IMG/VR virus record: IMGVR_UViG_3300036780_000409
Location: 1-50,825 of that record
Origin: a virus
Lineage: Duplodnaviria > Caudoviricetes
Length of the DNA stretch: 50,825 bases
Strand: one strand, 5' to 3'
Below are positions 25,298-34,400 of the stretch, in pieces; position 1 is the stretch's first letter, and each line of letters begins with the position of its first letter. The notes beneath the pieces were generated by a model. That model was not told the origin of the DNA. It did not search any database and worked only from the letters and a program-made list of their open reading frames with translations. The position numbers were made by a program, and so were the translations under genes.

Positions 25298-26689
25298 ATG
25301 TGGGGTCGTCGCAAACTCGCATTGCTCGCACTTGCTTTCCTGTGTGGCAGTGCTGAATTCCTCATAATTGCGCCTCCGCACAGCAATGCGGATCAAGGTC
25401 CACTTTTACTCGGGGTGGGTGGGGCCTCCGGTTGCAGCCCAGCCGCCGGCCACACTTACTCGACTACTTTCCCCGCGACGGAAAATCCCATCTCGGAATG
25501 CAGCTCGTGGCTGAATGGCGCGTTGAACGGCACTGACTGGTCCAACGTGCGCACCACCACGAACTTTGCATTCGGCACCGAGAATCCGCAAAGCGGAGTA
25601 GACGACGATTCCACGGCGACGATTGTTGGCACGTGGGGCGGCAATCAACAAGTTGTCGGGACGGTCGTCGCGCCCACTACCAGCGACACCATCCAGCAGG
25701 AAGTGGAGCTGCGGTTACTGACCACGATCACGTCGGGCACGATTACCGGCTACGAGGCGGACTATATCGGTTTCACAACGACCGCTGCCGATTGCGGCGT
25801 GACGGTGCAGCGCTGGAATGGCGCGCTAAACAGCTTCACCTCGCTGGCGGGTGGAGTAGGTGGCAGCCAAACTTGCCTGCATACCGGAGACATCGTTCGC
25901 GCGGTGGTTATCGGCGGAAAATTCACCACCTACATCAACGACGTGATCGCGGCGACCGGCACCGACTCGACCTTCACCACGGGCAAGCCGGGGATGGGGA
26001 TGTATCTGGAGGCGTCCTCGGGAGGCGCGAACACTTTCGGCTTCAGCGCGTGGCGCGCGAGCGACAATCCCATCGCCTACGTGCAGTCCGGGTCCAACGA
26101 TACGAGCTCGTCGGGAACCACGGCAGCCATAACCAACATCCCCGCCGCAACCACCACCGGGGATTTGATGGCCTGCATGGGCTACTGGAACTCGACCACG
26201 CTTACCGCTTCGGTTGCCGACAGCACCAACGGCACGTACACGGCCATCGGCACACCGACGAGCGGAGCTGGGGCACTTTCGGCTTATCGGGCGCAGATGT
26301 TTTATAAAAGCGGCATCACGGGCTTTGCCACAACGGTTCATCCCACGCTGACCACTTCGGGGACCACTAGCGATCGAGGCTTGGCCTGCCACGAGGCGCG
26401 CGGCGTAACCACGCTCGATCAATCCCCGGCAGTCAAGGCAGGATCGGGCGCAACGGCGACCTCGACGGCCACGAGCACCACCACGGCAGTCGATGAGTAT
26501 GCAGCGGGATTTGCCGTATTTGGCAATACCGGCAGCGGCATAACCTCGCCGTGGGTAGAACGGGAGAGCACTAATTTCGGCGCGAATACCACGGGGGATT
26601 TCGAGCCGTCGAAAGAAGAAATCGTGCAGTTTTCGGCTCCGCAAAGCGGGTCCAGCAATTATCTCGCAGGAGTGGCGACGTTTAAGTGA
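25298..26689 (+). CDS. Thr/Gly/Ser-rich two-domain protein with signal-peptide-like leader (lectin/adhesin-like)
   Basis: MWGRRKLALLALAFL leader; ConA-like first domain (TGTDSTFTTGKPGM); second domain begins IAYVQS...TTTGDL. Confidence 0.75.
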   Translation: MWGRRKLALLALAFLCGSAEFLIIAPPHSNADQGPLLLGVGGASGCSPAAGHTYSTTFPATENPISECSSWLNGALNGTDWSNVRTTTNFAFGTENPQSGVDDDSTATIVGTWGGNQQVVGTVVAPTTSDTIQQEVELRLLTTITSGTITGYEADYIGFTTTAADCGVTVQRWNGALNSFTSLAGGVGGSQTCLHTGDIVRAVVIGGKFTTYINDVIAATGTDSTFTTGKPGMGMYLEASSGGANTFGFSAWRASDNPIAYVQSGSNDTSSSGTTAAITNIPAATTTGDLMACMGYWNSTTLTASVADSTNGTYTAIGTPTSGAGALSAYRAQMFYKSGITGFATTVHPTLTTSGTTSDRGLACHEARGVTTLDQSPAVKAGSGATATSTATSTTTAVDEYAAGFAVFGNTGSGITSPWVERESTNFGANTTGDFEPSKEEIVQFSAPQSGSSNYLAGVATFK

Positions 26690-26709
26690 AGCGCTACATA
26701 GGAGAGAAT

Positions 26710-27138
26710 ATGCGTAACCCTTTCAAGTACTCCATCGTTGCTATCGCCACAATTCTAATGGTCGCTTTCTATGGGATGCGCCAACCGTTTCCAGTTCACG
26801 CGCAGCAATCCTCGTCCGGGTATGCAATGTCCGCCTTCGATCTGAGCGCAACTGGCGCGACAAATATAAAAGGTAGCGGAGGGAATGTCTTCGGCTGGTA
26901 CGGATACAATCCGAACGCTTCGGCCTGCTTTCTGCAATTTTACAATTCCGCGACTCCGACACTCGGAACGGGTGCGCTTCACCCGTTCGGAGTTCCGGCC
27001 GGCGCGGCCTTCAATGCGGCTCCGGGAAGTTTGGCCTTCTTCAATTTGAGCGCGGCGATATCGACCGGCGAAACGACGACGGCTACGGGCGGCACGGCGT
27101 GCGCTAGCGCGATGGTTATCACGATTCTCTACCAGTAA
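26710..27138 (+). CDS. Small beta-sandwich protein with signal-peptide-like leader
   Basis: GGAGAG RBS; leader ends VHA-QQ; IKGSGG.VFGWY.YN.N....FLQFYN motif recalled from phage decoration/fibre proteins. Confidence 0.7.
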   Translation: MRNPFKYSIVAIATILMVAFYGMRQPFPVHAQQSSSGYAMSAFDLSATGATNIKGSGGNVFGWYGYNPNASACFLQFYNSATPTLGTGALHPFGVPAGAAFNAAPGSLAFFNLSAAISTGETTTATGGTACASAMVITILYQ

Positions 27139-27143
27139 AAATC

Positions 27144-28259
27144 ATGGCTTATCTCGACGACGATTCGGCATGGTGGTCAGGGCTTCAGCATTGCGCTGCC
27201 GTCGTAGCGCTGGCAGCGGCTTCCGTTGTCGCGCCCGTGCAAGCCATTCAAGTTGCCGATCAGCCGCAAGATGAACCCATTCCGCCATCAACGTTCCATC
27301 TTGACGAGGATCTCTATCAACCACCTGCCGCCTGGATCGTCCCGGTTGAATATCCGCAACCGTATTCTTTCGAGCAAAACGAATCTGGAAATCTGAGGGG
27401 CCATCCCGACGAAGACTATTGGCAAAATACTGCGGCACCGCAAGAGGCAACTCTAGAATATCCGCAGCAATTTAGCTTCGAGCAAAACGAAACCGCAGGA
27501 TCGTTGCGTGGGCAGCCGGATGAAGATTTCTGGATACCGCGGGCGCAGCCTGCAATTCCAAACGTAGCGCCCTGGCCGTTCAGCTTCGATGCGGGAGAAA
27601 TTGCCTTCGCCTCGGCACCAAGCTTTATTCCCGCCGAGGGCTTTTGGAGACCGTCCCCACCACCAGGATCCTATTGGAATTGCCGGCCATTTTCGGAAGA
27701 TGGCTCGTTCGTCACTTCGGCCGCTCCGCCGTTCGCGCCCGAAGAAGCCTTCTGGGAAATAGCCAATCAGTCTGCATCCGCAAACCTCTACCCGCAGCCG
27801 TGGCTCTTCGACACGCAGGAAGCGGCAGGCGATCTATTCGGCTTGTCCGATGGCGACGCATGGAGCGCGCCGCTGCCGATGGCGCAATATCAGGCGCCGC
27901 TCGTATTTCGCGATGAGGACGTGCTGTCGCATGCTCCGGTCGAAGGGGATTTCTGGTCTATCGCGCCCAGGCCGGCACAATTGCCATTCTCCCCTCTCTA
28001 CCTGCCGGACGGCGGCCTATTCGAATTCACCCCTCCGGGGAACCTGCACGTTGACGAGGATGCATGGATCAATCCGGTAGCGTCGGCTTCTGGATGGGCG
28101 AACTATATTCCAACGTTCTCGGAAGCGGATTGGGTGAGAGCGTACGGTCCGATTTCCATTCTCGGCGCCAACACAATTCCGGCGCTTGCGATATTGGACG
28201 CCAGCGCGGTTCCGGCAATGGCGATTCTCGGAGCTTCGGTTGTGCCGAAAGGATGGTGA
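27144..28259 (+). CDS. Acidic Pro/Trp/Phe-rich repeat protein
   Basis: About eight imperfect ~30-40 aa repeats (D/E-E-D-F/Y-W...YPQP.SF.Q.E); only one Lys. Confidence 0.75.
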   Translation: MAYLDDDSAWWSGLQHCAAVVALAAASVVAPVQAIQVADQPQDEPIPPSTFHLDEDLYQPPAAWIVPVEYPQPYSFEQNESGNLRGHPDEDYWQNTAAPQEATLEYPQQFSFEQNETAGSLRGQPDEDFWIPRAQPAIPNVAPWPFSFDAGEIAFASAPSFIPAEGFWRPSPPPGSYWNCRPFSEDGSFVTSAAPPFAPEEAFWEIANQSASANLYPQPWLFDTQEAAGDLFGLSDGDAWSAPLPMAQYQAPLVFRDEDVLSHAPVEGDFWSIAPRPAQLPFSPLYLPDGGLFEFTPPGNLHVDEDAWINPVASASGWANYIPTFSEADWVRAYGPISILGANTIPALAILDASAVPAMAILGASVVPKGW

Positions 28260-28262
28260 AAA

Positions 28263-28661
28263 ATGCCGCGCGTATTGCTGACTTTTTTGATTAACAATTC
28301 GGAATTTGAAGGCAGCTCCGATCAGGACTTTCAGATCGGACCGGTTGCGACGGGCCTATCGCTGCTCAACGGACCTCCGCTCGCCTACGTCAACGATGCC
28401 AGCGGGATCGCCACGCTCTTTGATATCTGCGGGAATCCAGTGCCCGGCGCCGAGAATATTTCGCTGGCATACGAGGCGGGAAGCGGCGGCCTTTACGTCG
28501 GCACGATCGTCGGCGCGAGCTTCAATCCTCCGAACATTGGCTTCGGATACACGCTCGTGGTATCTCTCGAATCACCCTCGCAGGGAAACCGTCAGGCTTC
28601 CTTTCCGGCGCAAGTCGTGGCAAGTACGCAACCGGAATGTGCGCTCGCCGTCGACGGGTAA
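28263..28661 (+). CDS. Ig-like (BppU N-terminal-like) protein, last gene of the cassette
   Basis: LAYEAGSGGLYVGTI...GYTLVV beta-strand pattern. Confidence 0.6.
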   Translation: MPRVLLTFLINNSEFEGSSDQDFQIGPVATGLSLLNGPPLAYVNDASGIATLFDICGNPVPGAENISLAYEAGSGGLYVGTIVGASFNPPNIGFGYTLVVSLESPSQGNRQASFPAQVVASTQPECALAVDG

Positions 28662-28670
28662 TCCGTGAGG

Positions 28671-28716
28671 TTGCCCGTCATTTGACGTAAAAGTACCGGA
28701 ATCGCTCCACAAAATC
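28671..28716 (+). repeat. 46-bp perfect direct repeat, copy 2
   Basis: Identical to 24305-24350. Confidence 0.97.
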
Positions 28717-28795
28717 CTAAAGCCATCCCTTGATTCCCCTATTTTTGCTACAGGATGCACGGTAGGGTGCGTTTTGTATATGCCCGCTACCGCAG

Positions 28796-30076
28796 ATGAG
28801 TCAACCCGCCCACGACGCCGCGTTAGCGAACCGTCGGTACGACGAAAAGACGGGGCGCATGAACATTATGCGCTCGCGGATTTCCAAGGCGACGGTCAAT
28901 CCCTACTACGGACACGAGATTCCCGAGGCGAATACTCTCGGCCTCGATCCCAACCGAATTTACTATCTGCTGCGCGATCCGGAAGAGCTGGAAAAAGCGG
29001 CTCCATCCTTCGCACGGGTCCCGCTGATGTTCAAGCACATCGCCGTGAGCGCGGACGATCCGCAACAGGATCAGATCGCCGGGACGATCGGCTCGGACGT
29101 GGAGTTCGAATATCCGTATTTGATTTCCGATCTGAGCGTGTGGGACGCCAAGGCCATCGCGGGGATCGAAACGGATACGGTCCGCGAACTCTCCTGCTCC
29201 TATCACTACACGGCGGACATGACGCCAGGCGTTTTCGAAGGGACGAGCTTCGACGGGGTGATGCGGAATATTTCCGGCAATCACGTCGCATTGGTCCAAT
29301 CGGGACGGGCGGGTTCGGACGTAATGGCCGCGGACAGCGGACTGGAGATTAACGTGAAAGAAACCAGATTCGGAAAAGCCCTTTACGCGATGCTCTGTGC
29401 GATCTCCCCGAAACTGGCGAAGGACGCCGCGCTGAAACCGCTCGTGATCGCAGCCGATCCCAAAACATTCGACGCGAAATCGCTCGAGCCGAAATTGCTC
29501 GCGATGGATGCGGATATGCCCGGACCTCAGACGTTGGCTGCAATGGCAGCGGCCAAGGATGCCTCCGAAGAGGAACCGGTCGCGAAAGAGCCGGAAAAAA
29601 CCGCCAAGGATTGCAGCTATTGCAACGCCAAAGACGGCCAGCCGCATGCCGATGGATGCAAGACCGCGGCGGACGAAAAGGCAGCCTCCGAAAAAGCCGC
29701 GGCAGACAAGGCCGCGAAAGACGCCGAGATGAAGGCCGCGGAAGAAAAAAAGAACAAAGAAGCGGAGGATGCGCGCATGAAGACCGCGATGGATTCATTC
29801 AAGATCGAACTCCGGGAAGCGGAGGAAGCGCGCCGGGCCGTACGTCCGGTCGTCGGGGATGTACTGATGGCGCACGATTCGGCAGGAGATATCTACGCCT
29901 TTGCGCTCGATCAGATGAAGGTCGAACACAAGGACGTGACGGGCGTACCGGCCTTGCGCGCGCTATTCAATCTGGCTTCGTCCTCCAAGGCACCCGCGCC
30001 GCGGCCGGCCTTCGACGGGATCGCGGACATGGACAAAAAGTTCCCCAACGCTTCGCGCGAAATTCGAGTTCTGTAG
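28796..30076 (+). CDS. Head maturation protease/scaffold (DUF2213-like)
   Basis: ISKATVNPYYG.EIP, RELSCSY, NHVALV..GRAG; charged scaffold-like C-terminus with AMD repeats. Confidence 0.9.
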   Translation: MSQPAHDAALANRRYDEKTGRMNIMRSRISKATVNPYYGHEIPEANTLGLDPNRIYYLLRDPEELEKAAPSFARVPLMFKHIAVSADDPQQDQIAGTIGSDVEFEYPYLISDLSVWDAKAIAGIETDTVRELSCSYHYTADMTPGVFEGTSFDGVMRNISGNHVALVQSGRAGSDVMAADSGLEINVKETRFGKALYAMLCAISPKLAKDAALKPLVIAADPKTFDAKSLEPKLLAMDADMPGPQTLAAMAAAKDASEEEPVAKEPEKTAKDCSYCNAKDGQPHADGCKTAADEKAASEKAAADKAAKDAEMKAAEEKKNKEAEDARMKTAMDSFKIELREAEEARRAVRPVVGDVLMAHDSAGDIYAFALDQMKVEHKDVTGVPALRALFNLASSSKAPAPRPAFDGIADMDKKFPNASREIRVL

Positions 30077-30125
30077 TTCGCTGTCAGCAACGCGGCTGGA
30101 TTTGGAAACAGAGGAGAGACGATAA

Positions 30126-31088
30126 ATGGCCCCGACACCGCCAAGCGGAAATAGCATCGGCAGCTTTCAGACGAGCGTCAACAATTTCAACCCGATCGGA
30201 GCCGAGGGTGATTTCGCCAGCGCAAATCCACGCGCGACAGCTCTGACGACAAGTATCGATGCGAACGGTAATCAGACGAGTGGTCTGATCGCAGGGCCGC
30301 AAGGCGTCATCATCGGTAACTTTGCTTGGATCGAAGCCGATGGCGTCACCGTCAACAGTTTTGCTACGGGCAACGTCAAGCCGACCGGCTTCGTTCACCG
30401 CGATCAGCAAGGCTTGAACACGGCCTATTTGCAGGCTGCGGGCACATTCATTCCTCCCGGGTTTCCCGTCACGCTGATGACCGAAGGCGATTTCTTCGAT
30501 CTCATCGTGGGTGGTTCGGCAGCCGTTTACGGCTCCGCCTGCTACGCGCGCTATTCGGACGGCGCTCTGTTTGTTGGCTCTTTGCCTACGGGCGGAAGTT
30601 CAACCGGTTCGATCGGTGCAACCTTCACCGGAGCTGGCAGCGGAACTAATCTTACCGCCAGCGCTGTGACTGGATTGATTTCGATAGGCGACACGATCTC
30701 TGGATCCGGAATTACAGCCGGAACTACGATCCTATCCCAGACGAGCGGAACAACTGGAAGCGCGGGCGTCTACGTGACCAGCGCGGCCACAACCGTAGCC
30801 GGAACGACGACGAGCTTCGGGATCGTTCTCGACATCACCGCGGTCAGCAGCGGGACGCTCGCGCCCGGCGATTCGGTCACCGGAACGAACGTGCCGAGCG
30901 GCGCAACGATTGCATCGCAAATCAGCGGCGCTATCGGAGGAATCGGAATTTACACGATCGATATTCCGGCCACGCAATACGTGGCTTCGACCACAATAAC
31001 GATTGTCGCCGGGATTCTGACGGGCTGGGTAGCGAAGACTGCCGCAGCAGTTGGGACACTCACAAAAATTTCAAGCTGGGGCGTTTAG
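30126..31088 (+). CDS. Head decoration/cement protein with two inserted Thr/Gly-rich repeats
   Basis: FQTSVN...GAEGDFASANP, GFVHRDQQG, GDF, C-terminal KISSW; lies between scaffold and capsid. Confidence 0.8.
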   Translation: MAPTPPSGNSIGSFQTSVNNFNPIGAEGDFASANPRATALTTSIDANGNQTSGLIAGPQGVIIGNFAWIEADGVTVNSFATGNVKPTGFVHRDQQGLNTAYLQAAGTFIPPGFPVTLMTEGDFFDLIVGGSAAVYGSACYARYSDGALFVGSLPTGGSSTGSIGATFTGAGSGTNLTASAVTGLISIGDTISGSGITAGTTILSQTSGTTGSAGVYVTSAATTVAGTTTSFGIVLDITAVSSGTLAPGDSVTGTNVPSGATIASQISGAIGGIGIYTIDIPATQYVASTTITIVAGILTGWVAKTAAAVGTLTKISSWGV

Positions 31089-31125
31089 GGCTTAGCGCAA
31101 GCCTATTCTTTCGGAGGCAAACAAG

Positions 31126-32187
31126 ATGGACCCGATCCTACAGGCTATTCAGCAGAAGTGGGGCGTTACCTTTGAGGGAATCAGGGGGATCAGCCCACGT
31201 CTACAGCTTGACGAAAAAGAGCGCGGCGGGCGGCTTGCGATGGACGCGCAGCCGGAACTTATCACCATTTCGAACTCCGGCATTCCTGCGTTCCTTTCGA
31301 CGTACATCGACCCGAAGATCATCGAGATTCTCGTCCGTCCGATGAAGGCCACGGAGATTGTCGGGGAGGAAACGAAAAAGGGCGATTGGACGCTGGAAAC
31401 GGCAATGTTCCCGGTAGTCGAATCGACCGGTGAGGTTAGTTCTTACGGTGATTACTCCCAAACAGGTGTGGCGAATGCAAACGTCAACTGGGTATCAAGA
31501 CAGTCATATGTATACCAGGTGATTACGCAGTGGGGCGAACGCGAACTCGAAAAGATGGGCCTCGCGCGCATCGACTGGGCGAATCGCATGAATATCGCTT
31601 CCGTCCTCACGCTAAACCTATTTCAAAACAAGTCATATTTCTTCGGAGTAAACGGTCTCGCCAACTACGGCCTGCTCAACGATCCGACACTTCCCGCAGC
31701 CATTACGCCGCTTGTGTATGAGACCGTCACCACGTGGGCCAACAAGGCGGCGCTATCGGACGGCACTGGACCACTCGCCATTTTGAACGACGTTAGGGCG
31801 CTCTACGAACAACTTGTTTCGCAGGCAAACGGTAACATCGATCTCGAAACGGATTCGCCGATGACTCTTGCAATGTCGCCTGGGTCGGAGGTCTATCTGA
31901 CGGCCTCGACAATCTACAACATGAGCGCCAAAAATATGATTGAGAAGAACTTCCCCCGCATCAAGTTCAAAACGGCGCCGGAATATGCGACCGCTTCCGG
32001 AAATCTGGTGCAGCTCATAGCCGATGAAATGCTGGGGCAGCGCACGGCCACCACGGCCTTTACCGAGAAGTTGCGCGCGCACCCGATCATCGTGAAGTCT
32101 TCGAGCTTCGAGCAGAAAAAGAGCCAGGGAACCTGGGGCTGCATCATCTTCCGCCCGTTCCTGATCGCTCAAATGCTCGGCGTGTAA
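31126..32187 (+). CDS. Major capsid protein (DUF2184-like)
   Basis: AMDAQP, KKGDW, YGDY, GLLNDP, GTWGCIIFRP...MLGV. Confidence 0.92.
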   Translation: MDPILQAIQQKWGVTFEGIRGISPRLQLDEKERGGRLAMDAQPELITISNSGIPAFLSTYIDPKIIEILVRPMKATEIVGEETKKGDWTLETAMFPVVESTGEVSSYGDYSQTGVANANVNWVSRQSYVYQVITQWGERELEKMGLARIDWANRMNIASVLTLNLFQNKSYFFGVNGLANYGLLNDPTLPAAITPLVYETVTTWANKAALSDGTGPLAILNDVRALYEQLVSQANGNIDLETDSPMTLAMSPGSEVYLTASTIYNMSAKNMIEKNFPRIKFKTAPEYATASGNLVQLIADEMLGQRTATTAFTEKLRAHPIIVKSSSFEQKKSQGTWGCIIFRPFLIAQMLGV

Positions 32188-32221
32188 GCGAAAAATTCCG
32201 AGAGGGGATGAGGGAAAACCA

Positions 32222-32563
32222 ATGCCAGGAAAAGAAACGGTGGTGATCGGCTGCAGGTTGCCACAGGGATTAATTCTTACACTTCCGAAGAAGACCGCTC
32301 GGGTGATGCTTGCGGGTCCGAAACTTGTGATTGTCGAGGGCAAGAAACTCAGTTCGAGCTTCGCCACGACCCAGGTAGATGCCGACTTCTGGACCACATG
32401 GAAAGCCGCTTATGCGGATAGCCCATTTCTTTCCGCGCGAACCATTTTCGAGGCAAAGACGGAAACCGAAGCGGCCGCGAAGGGAAAAGAGTTAGCGAAG
32501 GAAAAAACCGGCTTCGAACAAATGCCCCAAGAGGCGATGGGCGTCGAGAAGGCAGCGGTCTAA
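32222..32563 (+). CDS. Conserved post-capsid hypothetical protein
   Basis: VIGCRLPQGL, T.VDADFW..W, KTGFEQ. Confidence 0.75.
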   Translation: MPGKETVVIGCRLPQGLILTLPKKTARVMLAGPKLVIVEGKKLSSSFATTQVDADFWTTWKAAYADSPFLSARTIFEAKTETEAAAKGKELAKEKTGFEQMPQEAMGVEKAAV

Positions 32564-32577
32564 CTAAGGAACTTAAC

Positions 32578-32874
32578 TTGAGCGATGCACATGAACGTCA
32601 CGTTTGGCATTTGGGCCGACAGGAATACGAATCTCTCCTGAAGCGGATTTCTGATCTTGAGGCCAAAATCCAGCCGATGCATGACGAATACAAGGAATAC
32701 GAAGAGCGCGAATCGCGTCGAGTGCAAGCGCTTTCGGTTTCTGATCCTATTCCGCAGAGCGCGCCATCCGCACCAGCGCCGGAAAGCCCAGTTGGGGATG
32801 CCGAAATTACAGCAGCCAACGATTCCGATGATTCGAGCGAAGGAACGGCGGGGGATTCTTCGGAGAATGCCTGA
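32578..32874 (+). CDS. Hypothetical protein, coiled coil with acidic tail
   Basis: AAGGA RBS and TTG start; TGATG coupling to the next gene. Confidence 0.55.
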   Translation: MSDAHERHVWHLGRQEYESLLKRISDLEAKIQPMHDEYKEYEERESRRVQALSVSDPIPQSAPSAPAPESPVGDAEITAANDSDDSSEGTAGDSSENA

Positions 32875-33350
32875 TGTCGACATGTCCGAATCCAGCCAAT
32901 TGCGTCGGAGTCGCGGTCTTCGACGCGCCGCTGTTTCTCGCCCGCTATCCTGAATTCGGCAAGGTCCCGACGCCTACCCTTCAAGCTTACTTTTACGAAG
33001 CACAGTTGTATCTGAATAACACGCCACGAAGCATCGTGCGGGGCGTTTTCAAGCGCCTGATCCTGCTGAATATGCTCACCGCGCACATCGCGTTTCTGGG
33101 AGGCGCGTTGACCGCTGACGGACAACCGCGGCCAGTGGGACGGGTAAGCCAAGCCGCAGAAGGCAGTGTAAGCGCGGCATTCGAATATACCGAACCGACT
33201 CCGGGAAGCGGCCCGTGGTTCGCGCAATCGCAGTACGGCGCGGCGTTTTGGCAAGCCACCACGTGCTATCGCGGCGCGTTTTATTCTCCGCAACCGACGC
33301 GCGTCGAAGGATTCACCGGAACGGGGCTGCTGCAGAGGTTCACGGTATGA
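32874..33350 (+). CDS. Head-tail adaptor (DUF4054-like)
   Basis: F..RYPEF, LTAHIA.L, GRVS.A.EGSVS, WF.QS.YG..FW. Confidence 0.9.
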   Translation: MSTCPNPANCVGVAVFDAPLFLARYPEFGKVPTPTLQAYFYEAQLYLNNTPRSIVRGVFKRLILLNMLTAHIAFLGGALTADGQPRPVGRVSQAAEGSVSAAFEYTEPTPGSGPWFAQSQYGAAFWQATTCYRGAFYSPQPTRVEGFTGTGLLQRFTV

Positions 33351-33517
33351 AGCTTTTGCATTTCGACTGCCCGGCGAAATCTTCGGACAACTGGAGAGCT
33401 CCTGAATTTGTGGAGTGCGCGAAACAGGGGCATTTTGCGCTTCACCTGCAGTGCCCGGCATGCCACATGGTCATCGCGGTTACGGTGTTGAAACCGTTCG
33501 GACTGGTGCCATCGTGA
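33347..33517 (+). CDS. Small Cys-containing protein inserted in the neck genes
   Basis: ATGA and GTGA coupling; CPAC motif. Confidence 0.5.
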   Translation: MKLLHFDCPAKSSDNWRAPEFVECAKQGHFALHLQCPACHMVIAVTVLKPFGLVPS

Positions 33518-34011
33518 GCCTCAGCGCAACGCTCAACGCGAAGCTCAAAGAAATCGCGAGCAACGCTTCCGGTTTTGTATCCGTGGGATTTCTCGCGGGC
33601 GCGACCTATCCGGACGGCACGCCGGTTGCGACCGTCGCTTTCTGGAATGAGTTCGGGACCAAGGGACGAGCCATCGGAGATGCGCCGCATCCGGAAGCGA
33701 TCGCGGAAGGCGTACGGCGCGAACCGCAGCGACTTGGAGGATCTCCGCCGCGGCCATTCTTCCGGCGCATGATCGCCAAAGACTCGCCGATGTGGGGAAA
33801 GGATTTGGGACAGGCTTTGATTTCAACCCGCGGAAACGGAGCAAAGGCTCTTGCATTCATGGGCGAAGAAATCAAAGGCGAACTCGTGCAGAGCATCAAC
33901 GATTTAACGAGTCCGCCGCTGAAACCAAGCACGATCCGGCGCAAAGGATTCGCGAAGCCGCTGATCGACACCGGCGACATGTTGCGTTCGGTGGACTACC
34001 GGGTGGAGTGA
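33514..34011 (+). CDS. Neck/tail completion protein
   Basis: VGFL.GATYPDG..VA.VA..NEFG, PPRPFFR, KGF.KPLIDTG. Confidence 0.85.
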   Translation: MSLSATLNAKLKEIASNASGFVSVGFLAGATYPDGTPVATVAFWNEFGTKGRAIGDAPHPEAIAEGVRREPQRLGGSPPRPFFRRMIAKDSPMWGKDLGQALISTRGNGAKALAFMGEEIKGELVQSINDLTSPPLKPSTIRRKGFAKPLIDTGDMLRSVDYRVE

Positions 34012-34400
34012 TGGACTTACAGACGCTAGCCAATCCGCTCGCAGAAAGCGTGAATCCCAACGTGGCCGTGACCATTTGGGCCTCGACGGGATACACGAAC
34101 ACCGGTGCGGGCCTCCGGCAAGTTCCCACGTATGCCGCTCCGGTAACCGGATTCGCGCAAGTACAGGCGCTCACAAGCTCCGAATTGCGGCAGGCGGAAG
34201 GATTGAATTTGCAAGGCGTGCTGCGCACGATTTACTTTCGCGGAAAACTGAATGGAATCGTTCGTCCCAACGGGCAGGGCGGCGACCTCGTGGCGATTGC
34301 CGGCATGTACCAATCGCGGAAATGGCTTGTGGTGAAGACACTCGAACTGTGGCCGACGTGGAGCAAGGCGTTGATCGTCCTTCAGGAGCCAACGGCGTGA
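34011..34400 (+). CDS. Head closure/head-tail connector
   Basis: VNPN, QVQAL, GGDL, WLVV..LE.WP.W; position in the neck cluster. Confidence 0.8.
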   Translation: MDLQTLANPLAESVNPNVAVTIWASTGYTNTGAGLRQVPTYAAPVTGFAQVQALTSSELRQAEGLNLQGVLRTIYFRGKLNGIVRPNGQGGDLVAIAGMYQSRKWLVVKTLELWPTWSKALIVLQEPTA

